64,000 bases of DNA. Origin: an uncultured virus (IMG/VR IMGVR_UViG_3300020042_009962). Taxonomy: Duplodnaviria > Heunggongvirae > Uroviricota > Caudoviricetes. Made by a program: the position numbers and the translations under genes. Under the pieces are notes generated by a model that was not told where the DNA came from, searched no databases, and saw only the letters and a list, made by a program, of their open reading frames with translations. Shown piece after piece: positions 47,638-56,789 of this stretch. Numbering within the stretch: position 1 is the stretch's first letter; every line of letters begins with the position of its first letter. The stretch lies in IMG/VR virus record IMGVR_UViG_3300020042_009962; one strand, given 5' to 3'.

Positions 47638-50600
47638 ATGGACAGCAAATACAAAATAAGTAGTGATTTAGCCATAAGTGGGTCTTTGACAATATCCCAA
47701 TCACTTATAGTAAGTCAATCTATTACAGCAATATCCTTTATCGGAGACGGTTCAGGATTAACATATGTTACTGCTTCCATAGCATGGGATGGTAATAGAA
47801 ACGGAAATGCAGCAATAACAGGATCACTAACTGTTAGTAGCAGTATTACTGCTTCTATCATTTCAGGATCATTTACAGGAAACGGTGCAAACCTGACAAA
47901 CCTTAACCTAAACGGTATGCAAGCTTCTGGAAGTACCCTTACTGGTTCATTCTCAGGATCATTTACAGGAAACGGTTCAGGATTAACAGGTGTTGCTTCA
48001 ACAGGTTCTTTCAATACCTTTACAGGATCGTTTAACACAGGTTCTTTTACTGGATCATTTACAGGTGTTTTTACAGGAAACGGTTCAGGATTAACAAACG
48101 TATCTTCATGGAATGGTACATTAACCGGTTCAGCACAAATAACAGGATCACTTACAGTATCAGGTTCTTCACCAATTATAAGACTACAAGGAGATACATT
48201 TATAGATGAATCTATTTTAATCTCTAACAGAGGTGATGTTTCTTCTATATTAATAGGATCTAGAAGTTTAGGAGAATCAACTCAAACAAGAAGAAGTATA
48301 GTAATTGGATCAGGATCAGGAGAAGCTTTAGTATCTGGATCTCAAAACATCTTTATTGGTAATAATGCAGGAGCTGTAGCACAAAAAGTACAGAATACAA
48401 TTGCAATAGGTAATAGAGCTCTTACAAGTTTCTTAGGAAGTGATACAGGAAATCCAACTACAGTATCTGATAACATAGCAATTGGAACAGATGCATTAAG
48501 ACTAAACGTATTAGGTGCAAACAATATATCAATCGGTACACAAGCATTAAACAATCTTACATCAGGAAATAGTAATACAGCAATAGGGCACCAAGCAGGT
48601 AGATATTCAGATGCAGCTTCAACAGGAAACGTATATATTGGATACCAAGCAGGACCAACAGCAAGCTTACAGGAAAGTAATACACTATACATTGGCAATA
48701 CAGGAGGTATTCCTTTAATAAAAGGGAACTTTTTATACAATCAAGTAGAGATAGCAGGAGGAGTAACATCTTCATTTTCTGGATCATTCTACGGAGATGG
48801 TTCAAATATAACTGGAATTGTTTCACCAACAGCAATATCTGCTTCTTATGGACTTACATCTTCATATGCAGAGTATGCTCAAACAGCTTCATATGTAGAG
48901 AATGCAGTATCTGCTTCTTATATTAGCGGCAGTGTAGCAACATCTACATCTGCTTCTTACTCTAACACAGCAACATCAGCATCACTTGCTAATACAGCAT
49001 CTTACGCAATAAACGCCGGAACAGCATCAATAGCTACTACAGCAGCAACAGCATCATACGTAGTAACTGCTTTAACAGCATCATATGTAGTAAACGCAAT
49101 TTCTGCTTCCTATATAGCAACTGCTTCTCATGCATTAACTGCACTATCTGCCTCTTACGTAGCAACAGCAAATTCAGCTTCATCAGCCGGATTAGCAACT
49201 TCTGCATCATTTATAAAAGTAACAGATCGTACAACAGGAACAGGACCTTACTATCCATTATTTGCAAACGGAACAGACTATAGATCAGCAGAAATAGATA
49301 GTGCATTGTTCTCTTATAATGCAGATACAAATACACTATCTGTAACAGCTTCAAGAGCAGTAACAGCTTCACTTGCTTTATCAGCATCTTTAGCAACAAA
49401 TGCTACTAATGCTACAAATGTAACTATAACAGATATAACAACTTCAGGAGGAGGTCCATGGTATCCAACATTTGTCGTTAGTAACACAGGCAACACAGGT
49501 ATTTCAGTTGACAGTAATGCATTTTATTATACTCCAACTACAAATACATTAACAGTAACAGCTTCTTACGCTACTCAAGCACTATCTGCTTCATATGCAC
49601 CAGGAGGAGGTTCTGCTTTCCCTTATACAGGAAGTGCTATAATTACAGGATCATTAGGAGTAACAGGATCAGTAAATGTAAATATACCAGCAATATCTGG
49701 AAGAGAAACACTATTTACAGGGATGGTGAGCGATAATGCAGTAGATAAATTCCAGATTGCAAATTCAACAAATGTTGCTTTAAGATTTGGACCAACTTTT
49801 ATTGGATACACAGGAGGAGCTTACACAGGATTAGCTTTTAGAGGACTAGGGGATAGTACTAACGATATAAGCACAACCTCTGCCTATGTTGCTTTCTTAG
49901 CAGCAAATACAGATAATTCGACTGATCCTAACAACGGAACACTAACAGCACCAGTAGGTAGGGATTTATTCTCTTTTGGTACAACAGGTACTACTCATTT
50001 AACAATGAAAGCTGGAGGTAGAGTACTTATAGGTACAACAGTTGATAACGGTACCGGTAGATTACAAATAACAGGAACAACACAACTAAACGGTGATACT
50101 ACTATAACAGGATCATTAAATGTAACACAAGGAATAACAGCTTCATACTTCTCAGGAGATGGTTCTGCTTTAACAGGGGTAACAAGTACTCCTATTGCTT
50201 GGTTAGAATCTTACAGCCCTTTTAAAAATGTTTGGAATAACGGATTTGGTAATATAGCAACAAATACATCATTTGGTGATACTGCTCTATCTAAGACAAC
50301 CGGTGCTGGTGGAAATACAGCAATTGGGTACAGTGCTATGTACCTTGCCTCAATTGGATATGGAAATACTGCATTAGGTGAAAGTGCTCTTTATCAGCAC
50401 AGTGGAAGTAACAATGTTGGAATAGGACAAAACGCACTAAAGCTTGCCACAGAAGGGTTCGGCAATACTGGAATTGGTAATTCTGTTCTTTATAAAATAT
50501 CAGGTTCATACAACACTGCTTTAGGTCATAGTGCCGGAGCTTATGCTTCAGGAAGCGGTAATCTATACCTAGGTGCTAGTGCAGGTTCTGCAACAGATGT

Positions 50601-50820
50601 TATTGAAAATTCTAAACTATACATAGCATCAGGATCAGGTACACCCTTAATTGGAGGTGATTTTGCTTCAGGCTCAGTAACAATTAACAATATACTAACA
50701 CTTGCACCTAGAGCAACAACACCAGCTTCTCCAATAGAAGGAATGATAATAGCATCAGGCTCAGCAGGATCTAGTAAAGTATACTACTACAACGGAACAA
50801 CTTGGAATGCATTATTCTAA
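47638..50820 (+). CDS. long repetitive tail fibre protein
   Basis: GSFTGNGSGLT, TASY/SASY and NTA(I/L)G repeats; YYYNGTTWNALF end. Confidence 0.8.
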   Translation: MDSKYKISSDLAISGSLTISQSLIVSQSITAISFIGDGSGLTYVTASIAWDGNRNGNAAITGSLTVSSSITASIISGSFTGNGANLTNLNLNGMQASGSTLTGSFSGSFTGNGSGLTGVASTGSFNTFTGSFNTGSFTGSFTGVFTGNGSGLTNVSSWNGTLTGSAQITGSLTVSGSSPIIRLQGDTFIDESILISNRGDVSSILIGSRSLGESTQTRRSIVIGSGSGEALVSGSQNIFIGNNAGAVAQKVQNTIAIGNRALTSFLGSDTGNPTTVSDNIAIGTDALRLNVLGANNISIGTQALNNLTSGNSNTAIGHQAGRYSDAASTGNVYIGYQAGPTASLQESNTLYIGNTGGIPLIKGNFLYNQVEIAGGVTSSFSGSFYGDGSNITGIVSPTAISASYGLTSSYAEYAQTASYVENAVSASYISGSVATSTSASYSNTATSASLANTASYAINAGTASIATTAATASYVVTALTASYVVNAISASYIATASHALTALSASYVATANSASSAGLATSASFIKVTDRTTGTGPYYPLFANGTDYRSAEIDSALFSYNADTNTLSVTASRAVTASLALSASLATNATNATNVTITDITTSGGGPWYPTFVVSNTGNTGISVDSNAFYYTPTTNTLTVTASYATQALSASYAPGGGSAFPYTGSAIITGSLGVTGSVNVNIPAISGRETLFTGMVSDNAVDKFQIANSTNVALRFGPTFIGYTGGAYTGLAFRGLGDSTNDISTTSAYVAFLAANTDNSTDPNNGTLTAPVGRDLFSFGTTGTTHLTMKAGGRVLIGTTVDNGTGRLQITGTTQLNGDTTITGSLNVTQGITASYFSGDGSALTGVTSTPIAWLESYSPFKNVWNNGFGNIATNTSFGDTALSKTTGAGGNTAIGYSAMYLASIGYGNTALGESALYQHSGSNNVGIGQNALKLATEGFGNTGIGNSVLYKISGSYNTALGHSAGAYASGSGNLYLGASAGSATDVIENSKLYIASGSGTPLIGGDFASGSVTINNILTLAPRATTPASPIEGMIIASGSAGSSKVYYYNGTTWNALF

Positions 50821-50835
50821 TAAAACAAAATAAAA

Positions 50836-51273
50836 ATGTGGTTATATCAAAACAAAGAAATTAAAGAACTATCAGATATGCCCGGAGACAACTTCGGGTT
50901 TATCTATGAAGTAACACATCTACCAACCGGTAGAAAATACTTAGGAAAGAAACAACTTATTTCTGTTACAAAAAAAGCTTTAGGTAAAAAAGAATTAGCT
51001 TTAATAACAGATAAAAGAGCTAGTAAATCTAAAATAGTTAGAAAAGAATCTGATTGGAAAACCTATTACGGTTCACACTTAGAAATAAAAGGCTTAATAA
51101 AAGAGGGTAAACAGTCGGAATTCTCAAGAGAAATTCTTATCTTTACTCCAAATAAAAAGCTACATACATACTATGAAAACAAATTCCTATTTATAAAAGG
51201 AGTAATAGAGCCAGATTCCAACTATATAAACGATAATATAGAAGGAAGATATTTTAGAAAAGATTTCTTATGA
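50836..51273 (+). CDS. GIY-YIG endonuclease-like protein
   Basis: FGFIYEVT...TGRKYLGKK...ESDWKTYYGS...FSREIL...YINDNI. Confidence 0.8.
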   Translation: MWLYQNKEIKELSDMPGDNFGFIYEVTHLPTGRKYLGKKQLISVTKKALGKKELALITDKRASKSKIVRKESDWKTYYGSHLEIKGLIKEGKQSEFSREILIFTPNKKLHTYYENKFLFIKGVIEPDSNYINDNIEGRYFRKDFL

Positions 51274-51971
51274 TAAGATTACAAGAAATAGTTGGATTAC
51301 CAAACCTTCAGTACCACTTAGATAATGATCTAACACTATCTGAATGTGTCTACAGGTACTCCTCTAACTCGTTTATACAATTGTTTGCTGAAGCAAGACA
51401 AGCCTTTAGAGACGGTAAAATTGTGTTAAGTGAACAAGATATTCTACTACTAGAAACAACCGATATTGGAGAATACGGAATGTATGAAGGACAAAAAGTA
51501 CCTTTAGACCTTCCAATGGTTGATGAAGAAGTAGGTCAAGAGATTATCTGTAAAAAATGTAAACACGATTGGGAGACAACACCTGAAGATGATAACCCAG
51601 CCCTTTGTCATAAATGCGGGTATGATAATCAAAAAAATGTATACGATATAGAAGCATTTGAAGCCTGGAAAAGTCTTCAAGAGGCAGAATATAGAGGAAA
51701 AGATGTACCCTTAAACAAACCAAAAAGAGGAGGATCTAAAAAATTCTACGTTTATACTAAAAATAAAAAAGGAAATGTAGTAAAAGTATCTTTTGGAGGT
51801 ACAACAGGGTTGAATGTTAAGATAGATGAACCAGGAGCCAGAAGTTCTTTTGCTGCTCGTCATCAATGTGACACTAAAAAAGATAAAACAAAACCAGGAT
51901 ACTGGGCATGTAATATCGGAAGGTATTGGAAATCTTTAGGAGGTAGTAGAAATTTTAGCGGGTACTGGTAA
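51270..51971 (+). CDS. modular virion-type protein (zinc ribbon plus DUF6321-like C-terminus)
   Basis: CKKC...CHKCG; KGNVVKVSFG...RSSFAARHQC..KKDKTKPGYWAC. Confidence 0.65.
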   Translation: MIRLQEIVGLPNLQYHLDNDLTLSECVYRYSSNSFIQLFAEARQAFRDGKIVLSEQDILLLETTDIGEYGMYEGQKVPLDLPMVDEEVGQEIICKKCKHDWETTPEDDNPALCHKCGYDNQKNVYDIEAFEAWKSLQEAEYRGKDVPLNKPKRGGSKKFYVYTKNKKGNVVKVSFGGTTGLNVKIDEPGARSSFAARHQCDTKKDKTKPGYWACNIGRYWKSLGGSRNFSGYW

Positions 51972-51972
51972 T

Positions 51973-52230
51973 ATGAGACCTTACTTTGAACTAGAGACCT
52001 CAGAGTATCTTTATAGAAAATTTACAGAGGATACACCAGAAGAAGAATTTGTGTGGCATAGAGATGAAAACGACAGAGAGATAGAGATATTAGAAACTAC
52101 CGATTGGATGTTTCAATTCGATAATCAATTACCGCAGGTATTAAAAGGTAAAATACATATACCAAAAGAAGTCTACCATAGACTTGTAAAAGGAACAGGA
52201 GCGTTAAATGTAAGAATAAAAGAATACTAA
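51973..52230 (+). CDS. cupin-like small protein
   Basis: WHRD.NDR...IPKEVYHRLVKG. Confidence 0.55.
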   Translation: MRPYFELETSEYLYRKFTEDTPEEEFVWHRDENDREIEILETTDWMFQFDNQLPQVLKGKIHIPKEVYHRLVKGTGALNVRIKEY

Positions 52231-52437
52231 TGATACAGGATATAATAGCAGGCATAATCGTATTAGGTGCTTTTACAATTCTATTAAATACTTTACTATT
52301 TATAATTAAACCTAAAAAGAAGTAATACTAATTATAAAATTCTAATGGACGGAGGAAACGTAGCGTATTATTGGATAGCAGCGGTTGTTACCTTAGCATT
52401 GTATTTAATTGTAGATGAATATAAAAGAAAATAAATA

Positions 52438-52872
52438 ATGAAAAAATCAGAATTAAAAAGAATCATCCAAGAGGAGATGAAAGGATACTCAAAGTATGCT
52501 CCAAATGGAGAAACTAAAGGAGGTACTACAGATGATTTTAGAAACATCTTAACAACGATCGCTAAAAGTGTTCCTAAGGAAGATTCAGAAGAGAAAACTG
52601 TTTCTGAAAATTCAACAAACTTTAATGAAGAAGAGATTAAAGCGCAATTTCCTGATCTAAGCCTTAGTTACGGTTCGAAAGGAGAAAACATGCATCAAAT
52701 TAGATCAATAAGAAGACGAGATCTAACAAAAGAGGAGTTTGAAGGTATAATTTCATTTTTAGAAGATAGAGGGTACATTGTTTTGCGTGATAAATCTACT
52801 ATGGACCTTGATGATGATGGTGAAAGGTATTACTACCCTTCTATCATGTTTACAGCACCTACTGAAGCTTAA
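52438..52872 (+). CDS. probable capsid-internal protein
   Basis: MKKSELKRIIQEE leader. Confidence 0.6.
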   Translation: MKKSELKRIIQEEMKGYSKYAPNGETKGGTTDDFRNILTTIAKSVPKEDSEEKTVSENSTNFNEEEIKAQFPDLSLSYGSKGENMHQIRSIRRRDLTKEEFEGIISFLEDRGYIVLRDKSTMDLDDDGERYYYPSIMFTAPTEA

Positions 52873-52877
52873 AAACA

Positions 52878-53318
52878 GTGATTAGCATCTATAAAATATT
52901 AAAAGAAGTAATTTCACCAACCCAAGAATACCAAGAACTTGTTAACGATATAGTTGACCAAGGAGGAGAGTATTTAGGAGAAGGAGATTATGGAGCAGTA
53001 TTTTTAGTAGGAGATAAAGTAAAAAAAGTAACTACTGATTCAGAAGAATTAGAAGATGCACAACAAATAAAAGGGCAAAAGACTAAATACTTTGTACATA
53101 TATACGATGTAGAGGTTAGAAATCCAAAACTAGGAATCATTACAATGGATAATCTAGAACCTTTTACAGGGTCTGAAAAAGACGTTCCAATTGACGATAT
53201 AATGGAAGAAGCAGATATGTTAGGGATATATCCAGACTTAGAAGGGCCAGGAGGTTCAATTAAAATGGATAACCTAATGCAGGATAAAGCAGGTAGAATA
53301 AAAGTAATAGACGTATAA
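52878..53318 (+). CDS. minimal protein-kinase-like protein
   Basis: LGEGDYGAVF (GxGxxG), VKK, E, PDL.......DNLM, IKVID. Confidence 0.65.
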   Translation: MISIYKILKEVISPTQEYQELVNDIVDQGGEYLGEGDYGAVFLVGDKVKKVTTDSEELEDAQQIKGQKTKYFVHIYDVEVRNPKLGIITMDNLEPFTGSEKDVPIDDIMEEADMLGIYPDLEGPGGSIKMDNLMQDKAGRIKVIDV

Positions 53319-53443
53319 TGGCTAGAGGTAACCATAGTTCTCCACAAAGAACAAAGTTTAATAAAAGAAAGAAATCAATAGTAAAAACTGCTAAGATAAT
53401 AAAGCAGAATGAACTAATATTAAAAAAATTACAGAATGGATAA
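53318..53443 (+). CDS. small basic protein (41 aa)
   Basis: MARGNHSSPQRTKFNKRKKSIVKTAKIIKQNELILKKLQNG*, TAATG coupling. Confidence 0.4.
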   Translation: MARGNHSSPQRTKFNKRKKSIVKTAKIIKQNELILKKLQNG

Positions 53444-54020
53444 TTTTGATTTAAAAAAATTCTTAGTAGAGAATAAATTAACTAATAACTCTAGAATAGT
53501 AGAAGTTGATAACGAAGAAGCAGCTTTTGATGCGGAATTTGCACAAGCAGCTAACGGTATTGCTAACGCAATTGGAGCAGAATTAAAAAACAAAGATCCA
53601 AAACAATTAGATGAAGCAATAATAACCGCTACAATTGCAGCTGTATTAACTGCAAACGCAGTAGTAGGATTTATATCAAAATACTCTGCAAAATTATTTA
53701 AACTTTTAAATTATAAAAAAGGGGAAGATATTGCAGAAAAAATACACCACTGGGCTCATGACAATGAAAAGAACTTTCAAGCTCCTATTAAAAGAGTTTT
53801 AGGTTTCTTTGTAAAAGATCCAAAAACATTAGACATACTAACAAAGAGTGTATACGCTATAGTAGTAGGTAGTATGGCAGCTGGATACGGTGCAGCAGCA
53901 CTTGACAAGTTATCACATGCAGACTGGTTTCAAGGAGCATTATCCTCACTAAAAACAGTAGCAAAATCAGAAGAAGCAATAGTAAATGCTTACCCAGCAA
54001 TTAGAAAACTATTTGTATAA
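53436..54020 (+). CDS. probable capsid-internal protein with hydrophobic helices
   Basis: MDNFDLKKFLVENKL leader; two Ala-rich hydrophobic segments. Confidence 0.6.
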   Translation: MDNFDLKKFLVENKLTNNSRIVEVDNEEAAFDAEFAQAANGIANAIGAELKNKDPKQLDEAIITATIAAVLTANAVVGFISKYSAKLFKLLNYKKGEDIAEKIHHWAHDNEKNFQAPIKRVLGFFVKDPKTLDILTKSVYAIVVGSMAAGYGAAALDKLSHADWFQGALSSLKTVAKSEEAIVNAYPAIRKLFV

Positions 54021-54038
54021 AATATTATTAAAAATAAT

Positions 54039-54083
54039 AAAAGAAAGGCTTGTTTGTTCAAGTCTTTTTTCGTATCTTAAGAT
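54039..54083 (+). promoter_or_regulatory. promoter overlapping a terminator-like hairpin
   Basis: CTTG(54049)-N20-TATCTTAAGAT; AAAGGCTTG-tttgtt-CAAGTCTTT plus T run. Confidence 0.6.
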
Positions 54084-54104
54084 GTCAATCGGTTATGTAC
54101 ATAT

Positions 54105-55025
54105 ATGAGTAGTAATATATTATTAGGGTTTATAGAGAATGTCTTAGGTAAATCTCATAAGAGAGCAAGAGAGAACTACGCTTTTACTTGCCCTAAATGC
54201 AATCACCATAAGCCAAAACTAGAAGTAAACATGCATACCAATGAAAAAGGAGAGAATCCTTTCGAATGCTGGGTATGTGGCTTTAAAGGACGTACAATTA
54301 AGTCTTTACTTAAACAGTTACAAGTACCTGCCGAACAAGCGTATGAAATACTTAAATACGTAAGAAAAGGTGATGAAATAGGGTATGCACCTATATCTAC
54401 CGTAGAACTACCCAAAGAGTTCCAAGCTCTTTACACAGCATCAACCACATCTATTATAGCAAATAAAGTAAGGAAATACCTCTATAGAAGAGGTTTTACT
54501 GATAGAGACTTCCTAAAATACAACATAGGCTATTGTACTTCAGGGGAATACACAGGAAGAGTGATTGTTCCGTCATATAACGAGAATAACCAATTAAACT
54601 TCTTTGTAGGTAGGACATTCGAAGATGCTTACCATAAATACAGAAATCCAGAGTGTTCTAAGGATATTATAGGGTTTGAGAATTTAATCAATTGGTCACA
54701 GCCCATAATCCTGGTGGAAGGGGTATTTGATGCAATAGCAGTAAAAAGAAACGCAGTACCAATACTTGGTAAGTCTTTATCAAAATCTTTGATAAAAAAG
54801 ATAGTATCAAGTACTGTTGAAGATATATACGTAGCCCTAGACAGGGATGCATTTAAAAAAGCACTCTCATATACAGAACAGTTTCTGAATATGGGAAAGA
54901 AAGTATATCTAGTAGATATGCAAGATAAGGATCCAAGCGAGATGGGCTTTGCAAGCTTCACTCGTTATGTACAACAGGCAGAGGAAATGGACTTCGGAAA
55001 GTTACTCCGCTACAAACTATCATAA
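54105..55025 (+). CDS. DNA primase (zinc finger plus TOPRIM)
   Basis: CPKC...CWVC, RGF...YNIGY, FFVGR, KYRNP, LVEGVFDAI, VALDRDA, KDPSE. Confidence 0.9.
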   Translation: MSSNILLGFIENVLGKSHKRARENYAFTCPKCNHHKPKLEVNMHTNEKGENPFECWVCGFKGRTIKSLLKQLQVPAEQAYEILKYVRKGDEIGYAPISTVELPKEFQALYTASTTSIIANKVRKYLYRRGFTDRDFLKYNIGYCTSGEYTGRVIVPSYNENNQLNFFVGRTFEDAYHKYRNPECSKDIIGFENLINWSQPIILVEGVFDAIAVKRNAVPILGKSLSKSLIKKIVSSTVEDIYVALDRDAFKKALSYTEQFLNMGKKVYLVDMQDKDPSEMGFASFTRYVQQAEEMDFGKLLRYKLS

Positions 55026-55026
55026 T

Positions 55027-55809
55027 ATGATACAAAAAGGACAGAATGTTTTGTCAGAACATGCTAAGAAGAGGTTAGATTTTAAACCTGAACTTAAACA
55101 AATTAACTTCCTTGACAGGAGGGTTTATCAACGATCGGAAGGAGTATTCTATCCTTCAGTTACTTCGATCTTACAGTACATGCCAAAGAATAAGTTCTTT
55201 GAGTCTTGGTTGAAAGATGTAGGACACAATTCAGATATCATAATGAGAAGAGCCGGAGATGAAGGTACTCAAACTCATAATGCAATAGAAGAGTTATTAG
55301 AAGGCAAGGAAATCCAGTGGATGGATGATTACGGTAATGCTAGGTATAATGAACTGGTATGGGGAATGATTATAAAGTTTAAAGAGTTCTGGGATGTAGC
55401 AAAACCTGAACTTATATTTACAGAAGAATTTACCTACTCAGATGAACATAAGTATGCAGGAACAGCCGATATCGTTGTAAAGATGAACGATGAAAACTGG
55501 TTAATTGACTTTAAGACATCAAATCATTTACATAAATCATATGACCTGCAATTAGCTGCTTATGCTAAATCAATTGAAGAAACAAAAGGTATTAAGATAG
55601 ATAGAACAGCTATTCTTTGGTTAAAAGCATCAACTCGAGGAGCTGATAAAGCAGGTAAGAAGTTACAAGGTAAAGGATGGGAGTTAAAAGTGATTGACGA
55701 TATAGAAAAGAACTTTGAATTATTCAAGTTGATCTATAAATTATATGAGCTTGAGCATCCAACAACAGAGCCGAAGTTTACATCATATCCAACCACTATC
55801 AAACTTTAG
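55027..55809 (+). CDS. PD-(D/E)XK exonuclease
   Basis: YPSVTSIL, GTQTH..IE, YAGTAD, LIDFKTS, QLAAYA; ATG 55027 is the likely start. Confidence 0.85.
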   Translation: MIQKGQNVLSEHAKKRLDFKPELKQINFLDRRVYQRSEGVFYPSVTSILQYMPKNKFFESWLKDVGHNSDIIMRRAGDEGTQTHNAIEELLEGKEIQWMDDYGNARYNELVWGMIIKFKEFWDVAKPELIFTEEFTYSDEHKYAGTADIVVKMNDENWLIDFKTSNHLHKSYDLQLAAYAKSIEETKGIKIDRTAILWLKASTRGADKAGKKLQGKGWELKVIDDIEKNFELFKLIYKLYELEHPTTEPKFTSYPTTIKL

Positions 55810-55830
55810 TACTATTTATTTAATATAATC

Positions 55831-55865
55831 GTTGGATAATCGAAAGAATATTCGTATATTTAGGT
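55831..55865 (+). promoter_or_regulatory. Bacteroidota-type promoter (TATTTAT motif also at 55813)
   Basis: GTTG-N20-TATATTTAGGT. Confidence 0.7.
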
Positions 55866-55879
55866 AAATAAAAAGTATA

Positions 55880-56788
55880 ATGGGAGGAAACGTATTTGAT
55901 AGTACAGCACCAATAAAAAAAGAGCATATTAAACCAACTCTATTAGAGTTTTTTAAACAGTTCAAAACTATATTTCCAAAAGCAGAACCATTCTTTAGAG
56001 AGATGAAAACCTTAGGATCTGTAGGGAAAAAAGATTACTCAGGGGATATTGACCTAGCACTTGCCGGGTCATCCTTTGATAATGTAGAGGATTGGGGACT
56101 AGATGAAAAACACGTTCAAGACCTATTTGTAGGGTTTAAGAAAAGAGCTAGAACATCTTCTGATGATCAGCTAATGAAAAGAGCTGTAATTGTAGCAATA
56201 GCACAAAAGATAGCAGAAGCAGATACAGAGATCATAGCAGATGTAAAAGGATCTTCTGCAGGAGCTTTATTCCTTCTATTTCCTCAATACGATGAGAATA
56301 ATGAAGTAGTAGGGCAAAACGTTCAAATAGATGTAAATGTAGGAGATGTAGACTGGTTGCAGTTTGCATATCACTCAGCTACATATTCAGGAAACGTAAA
56401 AGGGTTACATAGAACACAATTACTTGTATCTTTATTCTCTCAGAAAGGATATACATTCTCTCATAACTATGGAGTAAAAGATAAAGAATCACAAGAGGTT
56501 GTAGCAAACACACCGCAACAAGCAATAGACCTTTTAAATAAGGCATATGGCTTAAATTTAGATAGAGATACAATAGGAGATTATTTTAAATTGATAGAAG
56601 TACTAGAAGCAGGACTATCCCCACAGGATTTAAACGCTGTATACGATACTTATCTTAAGATATTAGATAGCACTAGAGCAGATATACCAGAAGATTTACA
56701 AGCTTATTGGATAGAAAATCAAGAGAGATTAGCATTAAAAGGTAAATTCTTACCGGATAATTCAAATTTAACACAATATAAAGTATAA
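55880..56788 (+). CDS. Pol-beta-superfamily nucleotidyltransferase
   Basis: LGSVGKKDYSGDIDLAL (GS..DxD) and VQIDV third Asp. Confidence 0.75.
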   Translation: MGGNVFDSTAPIKKEHIKPTLLEFFKQFKTIFPKAEPFFREMKTLGSVGKKDYSGDIDLALAGSSFDNVEDWGLDEKHVQDLFVGFKKRARTSSDDQLMKRAVIVAIAQKIAEADTEIIADVKGSSAGALFLLFPQYDENNEVVGQNVQIDVNVGDVDWLQFAYHSATYSGNVKGLHRTQLLVSLFSQKGYTFSHNYGVKDKESQEVVANTPQQAIDLLNKAYGLNLDRDTIGDYFKLIEVLEAGLSPQDLNAVYDTYLKILDSTRADIPEDLQAYWIENQERLALKGKFLPDNSNLTQYKV

Positions 56789-56789
56789 T

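Noticed and set aside
43166..50820. Diversity-generating retroelement acting on tail fibres
   Set aside because: The duplicated segments are both in-frame coding and differ largely at synonymous positions, not only at adenines; no reverse transcriptase is present in the window.
50836..51273. Intron-associated homing endonuclease
   Set aside because: Free-standing gene; the flanking genes are uninterrupted and there is no room for intron structure.
55027..55809. Cas4 / CRISPR adaptation role for the PD-(D/E)XK nuclease
   Set aside because: It lacks the Cas4 Fe-S cysteine cluster and sits beside the primase, as expected for a phage replication/recombination exonuclease.
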